A stretch of DNA of 64,000 nucleotides from an uncultured Pirellulales bacterium. Lineage in GTDB: Bacteria > Planctomycetota > Planctomycetia > Pirellulales > S012-138. The notes below the pieces were generated by a model. That model was not told the DNA's origin. It ran no database searches and saw only the letters and a list, made by a program, of their open reading frames with translations. Of the stretch, positions 37,950-48,327 are shown in pieces (positions within the stretch are counted from its first letter, which is position 1; each line of letters starts with the position of its first letter). Position numbers and translations under genes: made by a program. The stretch lies in contig CAZEEG010000002.1 in NCBI GenBank assembly GCA_964511065.1, positions 41,960 to 105,959 of the forward strand. The letters are read 5' to 3'.

Positions 37950-37981
37950 GTGGACTATCGGTTATGTGGACTATCGGTTAT
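37950..37981. repeat. Perfect 16-bp tandem duplication
   Basis: GTGGACTATCGGTTAT x2; the second copy contains the stop codon of the minus-strand gene at 37978. Confidence 0.9.
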
Positions 37982-38244
37982 GCGGCCTGCCGGCGCGGGG
38001 CAGGCGCCAGGGCCTTGTCGCATTGCAGCGTGTGCAGCATCTGGCCGTCGGAAGCAAAGAACTTCAATTGGGAAGTCTCGGCCACAAAGGTGGCAATCAG
38101 TTCGCCCGCCCGGTACGACCGCCCATAGTAGTACCCTTCGCGGATAAGCACTGTCTCGGCCAGCAAGCGGTCGGGCGACAGCCCCAGCCGCTTGAAGGTT
38201 TCCATCACCAGGCCGCGAATCTGATCGGGATGCAGACAGCTCAT
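37978..38244 (-). CDS. Small hypothetical protein (Planctomycete-type)
   Basis: 88-aa ORF with ETVLIREGYYYGRSY..W/F-rich core and coding-like codon usage. Confidence 0.7.
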   Translation of the reverse strand: MSCLHPDQIRGLVMETFKRLGLSPDRLLAETVLIREGYYYGRSYRAGELIATFVAETSQLKFFASDGQMLHTLQCDKALAPAPRRQAA

Positions 38245-38666
38245 ACGCCAGGATCACCTGCTCGTGACGGGCGCCGGCCAGCACCGGTCGAAGCAGGACC
38301 TGTCGGCCCCCCTTACCATGCGCGCTAGCCGAGTCAAACGCCCAGAAAACCAAGAAGCTCCACGCGCCGGCCGCTCAATCGATGCTGCCGGCAATTCAAG
38401 CATCGGCAGTCGCGGAAGGAAGATTGCCTTCAGTTCTAAAATCCAGAACCACCGCCCCAACCGGCATAACTTGCCAAACCGGCCGGCCCAGCGTGCCTTG
38501 CCCCCAATTCCGCACGCGCCACACGGTAGGCCCCCACCACCAGGCTGTTCGCCCCCGGTACTTGCATGCGTCGCAACGGGTAGCGACGATGAAGGGGCCA
38601 AACAGGCCGACCACCCACACGGACCACGCAAATTTTGCTCCAGCACTAAAATCCATCTAAGGAACG

Positions 38667-39665
38667 ATGATGATGCTTCGCCACCACCGCGACACCACTG
38701 GAATACCTGCCGCCCGAAGCGAGGCAACCCGCCATAGGATTCCATCACGCGATGCCAGGCGTCCACGACTTTCTTGGCTGGTGATATCGCTGGCGATGGT
38801 GCTGCACGCGGCGCCGGCCTGGGCGATCGACACCTTCGACCGCCACACCTCGTACTGGTTGAACCTGGCGATCAAGAATGGCAAGCCGCTGGAATCGCTC
38901 ACATCGGGCCAGGCAGCGCAGTGGAAGTTCATCGGCCGCGATGTCACGCAGCCGTGTGTCGTGATCAAGACCGACAACGGCAACGTGGCCAAGGCCCTGC
39001 TGTCGTGGGGATTCCGCAAGACGGCCGACAAACCAGTTCCCGTGCTCGTGATCGATCGCTATGTGACCTACGATCGCGACCGGGGCAACCTCACCGTGGC
39101 CCATGGTCAGAACCTGATGCTCTTTCCGGGATTTGAGTTCGACCTCGATATCGGCCAGGTGGTTCCGCAGGGGATGGGCGGCGACGTGGCCCTCAACAAC
39201 AAACGCGAACTAGTCGCCCTGGGCAATGCCCAACTGTTCGCGGTGGATGGGAGCCTGCTGCCGGCGGAGGACGAAGGGGGCGAAATCCACGTTCCCCAGG
39301 CCAACCAGGTCGTGCAACCGCGCGACTTTGCGGGTGAGTGGAAAGTCTCGGCCGATGGCCGCTGGTTTGGAACCTGGCTGCTGGCCGTCGACGACGAAGG
39401 CCACATCGAAGGCCAATACTTCAGCCACGAAACCAAGAGCACATTCCCGCTCAAGGGCCGGGTTGCGCTGGGTGAACCCAACCGCGTGGTGTTTGACGTG
39501 GAGTTTGCCGCCGCCACGCAGCATTACGACCTGTACCTGTTCACCGGCGACAAGTCGGCCATGTGCGGAACCACCACCCTTGTCGACCGCAAATTCGGCG
39601 TATTGGCTGAACGGATGAAACAGGAGAACCCGGAAAACCAGGAGAAAGCTTCCAGCGATCAGTAG
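38667..39665 (+). CDS. Secreted hypothetical protein
   Basis: Hydrophobic signal ending APAWA followed by beta-rich domains; the start is uncertain. Confidence 0.75.
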   Translation: MMMLRHHRDTTGIPAARSEATRHRIPSRDARRPRLSWLVISLAMVLHAAPAWAIDTFDRHTSYWLNLAIKNGKPLESLTSGQAAQWKFIGRDVTQPCVVIKTDNGNVAKALLSWGFRKTADKPVPVLVIDRYVTYDRDRGNLTVAHGQNLMLFPGFEFDLDIGQVVPQGMGGDVALNNKRELVALGNAQLFAVDGSLLPAEDEGGEIHVPQANQVVQPRDFAGEWKVSADGRWFGTWLLAVDDEGHIEGQYFSHETKSTFPLKGRVALGEPNRVVFDVEFAAATQHYDLYLFTGDKSAMCGTTTLVDRKFGVLAERMKQENPENQEKASSDQ

Positions 39666-39900
39666 TCTTCTTGATGGTTGCGCCGCCCATGTCCGGCCCC
39701 CGAAACGTTCGACGCCGCAAATCGTCGGTTCTCCAGCGCAAGCGGCCGCATTCCGGTGGGCCAGTACGCAAATGAGCGGACATGAACTGCACGGGGGGGC
39801 AACAGCGCCCCCCCGCAGCGACGCCGGCCCCCTCGGCCAAGGCTAAACCGGTCGCTGCCAGGCCGCGCAGAGACTTCAACAGGGGGAATCCCTTCCCGCA

Positions 39901-41529
39901 ATGTACCTGTTCGAAAACCCCGTCTTGCAGCGCGAGTTGCTGGTCAACTTGCGCATGAAAAAGGCGTTCATCCTCCAGATGGCCTACGTGGCGCTGTTGG
40001 GGCTGATGGTCTATTTCGCCTGGCCAAGCGATGAAAAGATCGACATGGCCAACAGCGAGAAATCGGTTCGGCTGGTGAACCTGTTTTTCCTGGGGCAGTA
40101 CATCCTGGTCGGCCTGATGACTCCTACCTTCGCCGCCGGGGCCATCACCGGCGAAAAAGAACGCAAGACCTACGAACTGCTGCTGGCCAGTCCTTTACGC
40201 CCCACAGCCATCGTGCTGGGCAAGATGCTGGCCTCACTCGCGCTACTCGCCTTGCTGATGTTCTCGTCGCTGCCGATCGTGATGCTGTGCCTGCCGCTGG
40301 GCGGGACCTCCATCTACGAAGTGCTGGCCGTGTACCTGGCACTGCTGCTGGCCACCGGCACGTTTGGCCTGGTCAGCCTGTACTGTAGCCTGCGCTTCCA
40401 ACGGACCGCCGCGGCACTGGTGGTATCGTACCTGGCGATTCTCCCGCTGGCTCTGCTGGGGCTGCTGTTCTGGTACACGCTGAGCCACGGCGAGTTGGTC
40501 CGGTTTCGGCTGTGGATCACCGTGACGGCCTTGCCGCTCATCAGCCTGGCCTTGTGGTTCGGCCTGATCATGCTGATCAGCCGGCACCTGCTGTATCCGC
40601 CCGACGTCGGCAGCGAAGGCAAGGAAGTGATCGACGAAGAACACGAGCAGCAGCACGCCGTGGGCCTGATCATCCGCCGCGACCAATTCCCCGACCGGCT
40701 GTTCGCGCCGCCCAAGCGTGCAGGGCTGATGCCCGATGGCGCCAACCCCGTCTACGACAAGGAAATGCGCAGCGAAATCTTCAGCCAGGGCACCTTGATG
40801 CTCCGGGTGGTGATTCAGGTAAGCATGTTCCTGGCCATTCCGCTGATGGCCTGGTGCCTGTACCTCAAACCGGAGCATGCGCCCTGGTATATCGGCTACG
40901 TCATCCTGTTCAACATGCTGGTGGGACCGGTGTTCTCTGCCGGCAGCGTCACCAGCGAACGCGAACGCCAGACGCTCGACCTGCTGCTCACCACGCTGAT
41001 CAAGCCGCGGCAAATCCTGTTCGGCAAACTGCTCTCGGGCTTGCGCGTCTCAAGCGTGCTCACCGGATTTCTGCTGTGGCCACTGCTGTTGGCCTGCGCG
41101 ATGGTGACCGATTACTGGCCCAACCTCCTCACTATGCTGGGTTACGTGCTCATTGTGCTGGTGACATGCGTGTTTACCGCAACGGTCGCCCTGTTCTGTT
41201 CGGTTCTCGCCCGCAAGACTTCGATCAGCCTCACTGCCGCCTACGTGGTGTTGATCGTACTGTTCATGGCTCCGATTGCCGTTCAGGTATTTGCGGGCAC
41301 GTTCTTTCCTGACTCGGCCAGCAGCGATGCCGCCAACGCGATCACCTTTACCAGCCCGGTGGCGACGGCCTTCAGCTTGCCGCTGGACTTGGACCGCGAA
41401 GGCGTCGATCCACGGGTGGGTGAACCGTGGATATTTCCCGCGTTCCTTGCCTTCTATGCCTTGGTGACCACAGCTTTGATGGGCTCGATGATCTGGCTGT
41501 TTGGAAAACGCTGGCGTGTGGCCTATTAG
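39901..41529 (+). CDS. ABC-2 type transporter permease with two tandem permease repeats
   Basis: NPVLQRE..ITGEKERKTYELLLASPL..IVLGK and NPVYDKE..VTSERERQTLDLLLTTL..ILFGK. Confidence 0.88.
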   Translation: MYLFENPVLQRELLVNLRMKKAFILQMAYVALLGLMVYFAWPSDEKIDMANSEKSVRLVNLFFLGQYILVGLMTPTFAAGAITGEKERKTYELLLASPLRPTAIVLGKMLASLALLALLMFSSLPIVMLCLPLGGTSIYEVLAVYLALLLATGTFGLVSLYCSLRFQRTAAALVVSYLAILPLALLGLLFWYTLSHGELVRFRLWITVTALPLISLALWFGLIMLISRHLLYPPDVGSEGKEVIDEEHEQQHAVGLIIRRDQFPDRLFAPPKRAGLMPDGANPVYDKEMRSEIFSQGTLMLRVVIQVSMFLAIPLMAWCLYLKPEHAPWYIGYVILFNMLVGPVFSAGSVTSERERQTLDLLLTTLIKPRQILFGKLLSGLRVSSVLTGFLLWPLLLACAMVTDYWPNLLTMLGYVLIVLVTCVFTATVALFCSVLARKTSISLTAAYVVLIVLFMAPIAVQVFAGTFFPDSASSDAANAITFTSPVATAFSLPLDLDREGVDPRVGEPWIFPAFLAFYALVTTALMGSMIWLFGKRWRVAY

Positions 41530-41891
41530 CGGCGAGCGGTCGCGCCCCCCCCATCGGCGGCCAAGCAGACGCAGCCTAAGCACGCCGGCCGCCTCATTCG
41601 GCCGGGCAATTGGCAGTTTCGTCATCGTTGGCATAGTCCGCGTGGTTGCCAACACGCTACAGCCCGGCCCGGTGCGTTGTCCTAGGGCAACGGGGACCGC
41701 GTCTCCGATCGAACCGGTATGGTCCGCGTTAAAGCTTGATGGTTTTACTACTTAGCCCCCCACACCATCCCACTTTGATACGGCGATCGAACAATCGGCA
41801 CTGGGTTTGCCTCCTGAACCTCCCCTATACTGATAGCCTCTCTGCCAAACCAGTTGGCGTCTCCATTCCCAGGACGAATCCAGCCAGAATC

Positions 41892-42731
41892 ATGCACGCG
41901 ATTGAGCTGATTACACTTGCGGCCAAGATTGCACGTGGAGGGCGGGAATGGATTCGCTGCCCCCAGCCATGGGACCATCGGCCGCTCAACGATTACTGGT
42001 GCGTCTCCAAAATCCGCCTCGATCGCTGGTTCTGCCAACTCAAGTCGTGTGCCTCGGGTATGGAGAAAGGGCGTCCCCGAGGCTGGTCCAAGGCCCGGGC
42101 ACTCGTCGAAGAAATCATCGCCAGTGAAATCCTCACCCGGGTGTGGGCGGCGGCGGCCACAGCCCGCGACCGCTGCGGCGGCACCAACGATGCCGAACCG
42201 CTGGTGCGCAGCATCCTGATTGGTCATATGGAGGCGCGCAATCGCGCGCTTCGCCTGCTGCTCTGCACTCCCGGGGTGGCAGCCGATGACGCAGTCGCAC
42301 TGAACAACCTCCGCAGCCAGGCAGAGCGATGGACCGACCTGCTCATTGGGGGCCTGCTCGCAGAAAGCGACGTGGCGGAATTTGCATTTGAGCCTGATCG
42401 GGCGCGGGACTTCGCCGACGACCTCCGCGAGAGCCATACCGCCGATACCGAAACGGTCTGGAACACCATGCTGGCTTCCCTGCGGCATGGATTCATGCAA
42501 TCGTTATCAACGCCAGCGGCACAAGCAGAGTTGAACGCGCAAATCTACCAGAGCGTGGCCCGCTCGTTCGGCTTATCCGATGCCGATGCGTACCCGCTGG
42601 AATCCCTGGACTGGTTGCAGCGGATCGAGCAGATGACCGAAGCCACCGAAGACTTGATCCAGCAGCTTGAGGCCGAATTTACGGGCCGTGCCGCCCCCAC
42701 TGCCCCCCAAGGCCCCATGCATTTCTTTTGA
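41892..42731 (+). CDS. Hypothetical alpha-helical protein
   Basis: 279-aa ORF with coding-like codon usage; no family recognised. Confidence 0.7.
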   Translation: MHAIELITLAAKIARGGREWIRCPQPWDHRPLNDYWCVSKIRLDRWFCQLKSCASGMEKGRPRGWSKARALVEEIIASEILTRVWAAAATARDRCGGTNDAEPLVRSILIGHMEARNRALRLLLCTPGVAADDAVALNNLRSQAERWTDLLIGGLLAESDVAEFAFEPDRARDFADDLRESHTADTETVWNTMLASLRHGFMQSLSTPAAQAELNAQIYQSVARSFGLSDADAYPLESLDWLQRIEQMTEATEDLIQQLEAEFTGRAAPTAPQGPMHFF

Positions 42732-43435
42732 CGCCGAGCCACCATGGATGTACCGCAACAGGAGTGGCGCACAACCCACCAAGGGCATCCGCTTCTACCC
42801 TCGAAGCGTGGTGCCCGAGCAGCAGAAGCGGTTAAGAACGTCAGCGCGCCGGGACCTCCTTTTGCCCAGCAAGTTTCCCTGGCAGCAATGGCACGGCAGG
42901 GCCGACCACGGGCGACATCTCTCCGTTGCGCCACGAACCATTCTTCGCAACCACCTATTTTTGCGTAATTTACGGCATTCGCTTGGGTGGCGGACCGGCA
43001 AGCATTAGAATGCAACCCTAGTTCCCGTCATGCGCCCTTATGGCGGAACAATTCACCGACGCGGTAGCCGGGGGGACCGTGGTGATTCCAGCGCGCCGCT
43101 GTAGCGCGCTGGGAGACCGCCGGTCGTGGCACCACAGCCGATCAGCATCGTTGGGGAGTTGAACGTCGCTCCAAATGGCGCAGCGGTCAGGCGGACCATC
43201 ACCGCATCAGGCCGCTGTCCCGAGAGGCGTGTCACCTCTGCTAGTGGAAGCATTTTGCGGTGGCCCCCGAAAAAAGGGCCGCAGCAGTCGGCCGGACAGC
43301 CACCAGGTCGAGGAGCACTGGGTACAGGAGCAAGGTTCACTGCGGCGAATGCCGCGGCAACGTTGCGCCGTTGATCAGCGAATAGCCATCACGCCCCCCC
43401 ACCATGCGAGTCTCCCATTCGTGCGGAGGAGATTT

Positions 43436-44536
43436 ATGAAAATCAGCTTCAGGCTGAAGGAGTTGCTCGAGGAGCGGCAAGACGACGGGCGTGGGATCAT
43501 CACGCGAATCTGCGAACATACGTCCCTGGAACGGCACAAGGTGGCGGCGCTGCTCGCCAACAAGGTGCAGTACGTTTCGCTGGAAACGCTGGCCTCGGTG
43601 TGCGACTACCTGATTGAAAAGCACCGCATCCCTCAGGACCAGTTGCCGGGCCTGTTGTTTGGAATTGATGCGTCGCGATTCTGGACGCTGCTCACCGACC
43701 GCAGCTATGTCGAGATTGCCATGGGCGTGCGTCGCGACGAAACCCTGAGCGAGAAACGCTGGGTGATGGCGGCCGACAGTTACCTGCACGGGGTCCTGCT
43801 GCACGAGTTGTTCGGCATCGGGCACGAAAAGCAGCCCGACTTCCTGGAACAAAAACTCGTGCTCGGTTCGCATCCCGGCCCGGCAGACGAGGCCGCCGAA
43901 GATGGCCAGCGCCACGCCGATGAAGCGTACCAGGAGTTCCATAGCGTCAAGGGCGACCGCGCGCTGATCTGCGTGGGAAGCATGAAAAGCAACGTGCTCG
44001 TTGAGCGCGTGGTGGCCGAAACCTTCAAAGCCAACAGCTTCACTTCGGAAGATGGCGTGCGGTCGCCGGCCGATCGCAGTTGCCCGTTCTTCTTCCGGTA
44101 TCGTCAGAATGACCCCAAGCCACGCTCCTGCTGCGGTGGCGAAGTGCTGGCCCGAGGCACACCGTCCGATGCGCCGGGCATCTATTACGCTCGTACGCCT
44201 GACCAGTGGGAACTGATTCCGACCGACGAAACCAATGATGCGGCCCTGGTGATGTACACGTACCAGCCGAATCGCCGCGTGGTGGAGATGGTCCTGGCCG
44301 GTTTTTCCAGCACGGCCACGATGTGCCTGGGCGACGTGCTGCGGAAGCATCCCGACCAGTTATGGCCGCCGAAACTGTGCCGCGGCGACGTTGAGATCGG
44401 TATTTTCCTGGTCCATTTTGTGCTGCCCAAACGCCACAAAGAAGACCTCAAGACCGACGTGCTTTATGTACCCCAGCCGATCCGAACCGACGTCATCCCG
44501 ATCGACACCAAGGTGCTCGAACATTTCGTGAAATGA
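43436..44536 (+). CDS. Cro/C1-type HTH transcriptional regulator with a large uncharacterised C-terminal domain
   Basis: GGAGGAG RBS; MKISFRLKELLEER...SLETLASVCDYL (HTH_26-like N-terminus). Confidence 0.75.
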   Translation: MKISFRLKELLEERQDDGRGIITRICEHTSLERHKVAALLANKVQYVSLETLASVCDYLIEKHRIPQDQLPGLLFGIDASRFWTLLTDRSYVEIAMGVRRDETLSEKRWVMAADSYLHGVLLHELFGIGHEKQPDFLEQKLVLGSHPGPADEAAEDGQRHADEAYQEFHSVKGDRALICVGSMKSNVLVERVVAETFKANSFTSEDGVRSPADRSCPFFFRYRQNDPKPRSCCGGEVLARGTPSDAPGIYYARTPDQWELIPTDETNDAALVMYTYQPNRRVVEMVLAGFSSTATMCLGDVLRKHPDQLWPPKLCRGDVEIGIFLVHFVLPKRHKEDLKTDVLYVPQPIRTDVIPIDTKVLEHFVK

Positions 44537-44567
44537 CCGCCTGCCGACAGCAAAGGCGGGGCCGGAG

Positions 44568-45257
44568 CTAGGAAGCAGCCCGTTGAAACCCCAGCGCTTG
44601 CCACGAACGGGGCAGCGGAGCTTCAATTTCCATCGGCTCTTTGCGAACCGGGTGGACGAACCGGATTCGCCGGGCATGCAAGGCAATCCCCGGCGCAAAC
44701 GACCTCGGCCCCCCGTACTTGATATCGCCCAGGATTGGGTGGCCGCGGTGGGCGAACTGCACCCGAATCTGGTGCTTGCGGCCGGTTAGCAGTTGCACTT
44801 CCACCAACGCCCGATCGGCCAGTTGCTCCAACACGCGATACTGCAGTTGAGCCAATCGGGCGTCGGGATCGCCGGGACGCGCGATATTCACGCTCCGATG
44901 GCGTTTGTCGGGTGCGAGGAGATCTTCCCACTGGCCCGTCGCCGGCTTTAACCGACCAGCGACTGCGGCCCAGTAAATCTTCTCCACCTCGCGGTCGCGA
45001 AACTGGACCATCAGCCTCCCGGCCGCCTTGCTGGTCCTGGCAATGACGAGCACACCCGTGGTGGGGGCATCGAGGCGACTGGTAATGCCCAGGTACACGT
45101 TGCCCGGCTTCTGGTATTTATGTTTGATGTAGTCTGCCGCCATGCGAAACAGGCTGGGGGCCTCAGGCGTGGCGCCTTGCGTCACCACGCCCGCTGGCTT
45201 ATTCACCACCAGCAGGTGGTTGTCTTCAAAAAGGACCTGGAGCGGCTGATTCTTCAT
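44568..45257 (-). CDS. RluA family pseudouridine synthase
   Basis: VNKPAG; SRLDAPTTG (catalytic Asp); TGRKHQIRV; PILGDIKYG; LHA. Confidence 0.93.
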   Translation of the reverse strand: MKNQPLQVLFEDNHLLVVNKPAGVVTQGATPEAPSLFRMAADYIKHKYQKPGNVYLGITSRLDAPTTGVLVIARTSKAAGRLMVQFRDREVEKIYWAAVAGRLKPATGQWEDLLAPDKRHRSVNIARPGDPDARLAQLQYRVLEQLADRALVEVQLLTGRKHQIRVQFAHRGHPILGDIKYGGPRSFAPGIALHARRIRFVHPVRKEPMEIEAPLPRSWQALGFQRAAS

Positions 45258-45299
45258 CTTGGCCGTTATAGCGTTTGTCCGTCACTTTGGGATAGCAGC

Positions 45300-45905
45300 G
45301 TGACCAGCAGCGATCGCCCTTGGCAACTGATCCTGGCGAGCAGTTCCCCTCGCCGCAGGCAACTGCTCACCGAGGCCAATTACACCTTTGAAGTGATTCC
45401 ACCTTCGGACTCGGCCGAGTGCGGCATCTGCTCCGGCGAATCGCCCGACGCCTACGTTGCCCGGCTGGCTCGGGAAAAGGGGGCCGATGTCGTCCAGCGT
45501 CTGCGGGCTAACGGGCGCCGTGACGCCGTGGTGATCGCGTGCGATACCATCGCCGAGTGCCGTGGCCAGATTCTCGGCAAACCGGCCGATGAAACGCACG
45601 CCCGCCGCATGCTCCAACTGCTGCGCAACCACGAGCACCGCGTGCTGAGCGGACTTTGTGTCTGGCCGCTGGAAGCCGACGAACCGCTGCTGGCCGTCGA
45701 TGTCACCCTGCTAAAGATGGACGACCTGCCCGATGAAGCCATCGAAGAATACCTGGCTTCCGGGGCCTGGGAAGGCAAGGCTGGCGCGTTTGGCTACCAG
45801 GACCGCTTGGGATGGATTCACATCGTCCAGGGCAGCGAAAGTAATGTCGTGGGCCTGCCCATGGAACTGCTGGAATCCATGCTCCAACAGCTTGCAAACC
45901 GATAG
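45300..45905 (+). CDS. maf: Maf family nucleoside triphosphate pyrophosphatase
   Basis: LILASSSPRRRQLL; ACDT; LGKP; GKAGAFGYQ; GSESNVVGLP. Confidence 0.92.
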   Translation: MTSSDRPWQLILASSSPRRRQLLTEANYTFEVIPPSDSAECGICSGESPDAYVARLAREKGADVVQRLRANGRRDAVVIACDTIAECRGQILGKPADETHARRMLQLLRNHEHRVLSGLCVWPLEADEPLLAVDVTLLKMDDLPDEAIEEYLASGAWEGKAGAFGYQDRLGWIHIVQGSESNVVGLPMELLESMLQQLANR

Positions 45906-46059
45906 CCGCAGCGTGCGGCCAGGGCTACGTGATCGTTGCGCGCATCTACCTGCTTTTTCTCGCGCCGATCCGCCGTGAAGCCAACGGGTGAGCGGCAAGA
46001 AGAAAGACGCGCGGCCCGGTCGCGTTCCTGGCCTTCGCGACGCAACCTCCCAACGGCAA

Positions 46060-48009
46060 TCATTCCACTTGCAGCATCGAGTCGATGATGCATTCGTCGG
46101 TATCGATTCGGCCCACCACGAATTCGTAGTTGGTATTGAGCCCCAGCACGGTGCGACTGCCCCGCGTGGCCAACGACCGGTACACGAGCCACTGCTCATC
46201 GCCAATCTGCACGCGGTAGCCGGCGGCCTCGTCGGGCGGCAAGATCCGTCGTTCCTGGGCGATGGTCAAATGCCGCCACGTGAACGATTCGCGCCGGAAA
46301 CGACTGCCTTGCAGGTCGATGAACAGCGGCGAGAACAGGCCGCGGCCGTGCCCCGCCATGCGTAGCTGCAGGCCAGCGGCAGGTTCGCCCTCGGCTCCCT
46401 CGGCGGGCCATGTTTCCAGGCTTCCACCCGAGGGCGATTGTTGCCACTCGGGCAGGGCCAGCGGCAACACCAGGGCGCGGCGTTTCCCCTTGGCGTCGAG
46501 CAGGAAACCTTCGCGCGTTTCGTCCGCGCTCTGATAACCGATGCCCGGGGCAAACGGGAAGCGGCTGGTGAGTTCCAGTTCCGCCGGCTTGAGCGAGAGC
46601 AGGGCATCGGCGATCAGCAGGAAGCCATCGCGGCGGGCGAGCAACAGTTGCCGCTGCAATCGTACGTCGTCGCGCAGGCTCATTTCCAGTTCGAGGTAAT
46701 CTACGTCGTCGTCCGATTCCCAGCACACGCACGACCAACCGCTTCCGGCAGGGAGGGTGCGACCCGCGACGGTAATGCGGGTTTCCCAGGTACCTGCCAG
46801 CAACGTCCGCGGCCCTGCGTTGAGTTCGGCCTGGAGGTGGTCGGCGTCGTACCGGACGGCGAGCGATGCCGATTTGCGTTCCCAGTTGACGCGCAGCAGG
46901 CCGAATTCGGCCCACTCGGAGTTATAGGCCGCCGGTTCATCGCTGGCGTACCCGGTCGCTTTGCGGGGGAGCGCATCGGCCAGCGGGCCATCCAGCCCCA
47001 GCGAACGATCGTTGGCGGCAACGGCCGCCTGCCACGCCCTGAGATCATCGGCCGTGCGGAGCGCCGCGCCGAACAGGGCAGGGCAGTCCGCGGCCGCTTC
47101 ATGCTCGGCAAGCATGGCCGTGCCGTCGGGCCGCCGCAACCGCAGCAGGTGCTCGACCAGCAGAGCGTATTGCTCCCGGGCCGCTTTCCCCCACTGGGCG
47201 CCCGAGTGGCCGCGGCCGACCATCGCGGCCCGAGTCCAAGAGGCGGCCAGCGGTCGAAACCACGGCAGCAGGTGCGCAGCCGGAAGGCCTTCGCCATCGA
47301 GCAAGTGCTCGATGCCCTCTTCGATCACTCGGCGGCCGCGCTTGGCCAACCGGCGAAACGGCTTGATCTCCGGCAAGACGGCGGCCAGGACCAGCGGCAA
47401 TTCGCCGGCCAATAGCTGTTGGGTGAGCGCGGCGGCGCGCGGCGAATCAACCTCCAGCGGCGATAACCCGGTAAGCGCCGCTTCGGCCGTGTCCAGCAAC
47501 CGTTCGGCCAGTTCCCACCAGGCAGCGGGCGTTAGCTTCGCTGCCAGTTGCGGCAAGGCGTAGCTCCACGCCAGGCTTTCCACCGCCCAGTTGAGCCGCA
47601 GGTATTCGGGGATGGAACGTTCGCCCGGCGGCACCCAGCGGGCGGCTTCCAGGGCAAGGTCGAAACCTGGCGCCCGCTTGCCCTGGCTCAACCGATGCAA
47701 GGCGGCAACCATCTCGAGAGTGAACGCCTCATTCGCCTCACGCCCGCAGGCTTCCCCCGGCAGGCACCAGGTGAGCGGCGATTGCTTTTGCTTGAGCAGC
47801 GCGCTGGGCAGGACGCGCTTGCGCTGCCTGAGGTACTCCAACCAGGATTTCCAACCGGGGCTGTTATTGTCCCAGGCTGATTCTTGGGCCACGGTGCGCG
47901 GCACGTCGCGTGTCCAGGCCAACCGGCCCGCCAACGGAACGTGCCAGCAGGTGCCATGGGTTGTCGGATGTTCGCCGCCTGGAGATTGTGTGGTAGCCAT
48001 CTTTTCCAT
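46060..48009 (-). CDS. Conserved hypothetical protein (alpha-helical N-part, beta-sandwich C-part; possibly heparinase II/III-like architecture)
   Basis: 649-aa ORF with coding-like codon usage; the fold suggestion is inference only. Confidence 0.7.
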   Translation of the reverse strand: MEKMATTQSPGGEHPTTHGTCWHVPLAGRLAWTRDVPRTVAQESAWDNNSPGWKSWLEYLRQRKRVLPSALLKQKQSPLTWCLPGEACGREANEAFTLEMVAALHRLSQGKRAPGFDLALEAARWVPPGERSIPEYLRLNWAVESLAWSYALPQLAAKLTPAAWWELAERLLDTAEAALTGLSPLEVDSPRAAALTQQLLAGELPLVLAAVLPEIKPFRRLAKRGRRVIEEGIEHLLDGEGLPAAHLLPWFRPLAASWTRAAMVGRGHSGAQWGKAAREQYALLVEHLLRLRRPDGTAMLAEHEAAADCPALFGAALRTADDLRAWQAAVAANDRSLGLDGPLADALPRKATGYASDEPAAYNSEWAEFGLLRVNWERKSASLAVRYDADHLQAELNAGPRTLLAGTWETRITVAGRTLPAGSGWSCVCWESDDDVDYLELEMSLRDDVRLQRQLLLARRDGFLLIADALLSLKPAELELTSRFPFAPGIGYQSADETREGFLLDAKGKRRALVLPLALPEWQQSPSGGSLETWPAEGAEGEPAAGLQLRMAGHGRGLFSPLFIDLQGSRFRRESFTWRHLTIAQERRILPPDEAAGYRVQIGDEQWLVYRSLATRGSRTVLGLNTNYEFVVGRIDTDECIIDSMLQVE

Positions 48010-48327
48010 GGGTTTCGCACCGGCAGCGGATGTCGGCAGAACAACCGCCGCAAGTAACCTGATGCGGTGGAGCAGTACAGCGGAGGGGGCGCAGGGTGCA
48101 ATAGACGCCCAAAACCAAAGCCGCTATCCTAACAATTAGATGCTAGCAAGGCTTCCCCCTGGCGGCTTGCTTCTTGCCGCGACCAGGCGGCATGCAGGCT
48201 TCCTTAACGCCGCCAGAAGCGACAACGCTGCCCCGGGCCCCGCTCGCTTCGCCTGTCCGCTCGCATTCATGATCCAGCAACCACTGCGTCCTCGTTCGAG
48301 GAATCACCGTCTCAGGGAGTCCCCCCG

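Noticed and set aside
42964..43013. Short palindromes CGTAA-T-TTACG and GCATT-AG-AATGC upstream of the HTH regulator
   Set aside because: 5-bp arms, dissimilar to each other and more than 400 bp from the start; not distinguishable from chance.
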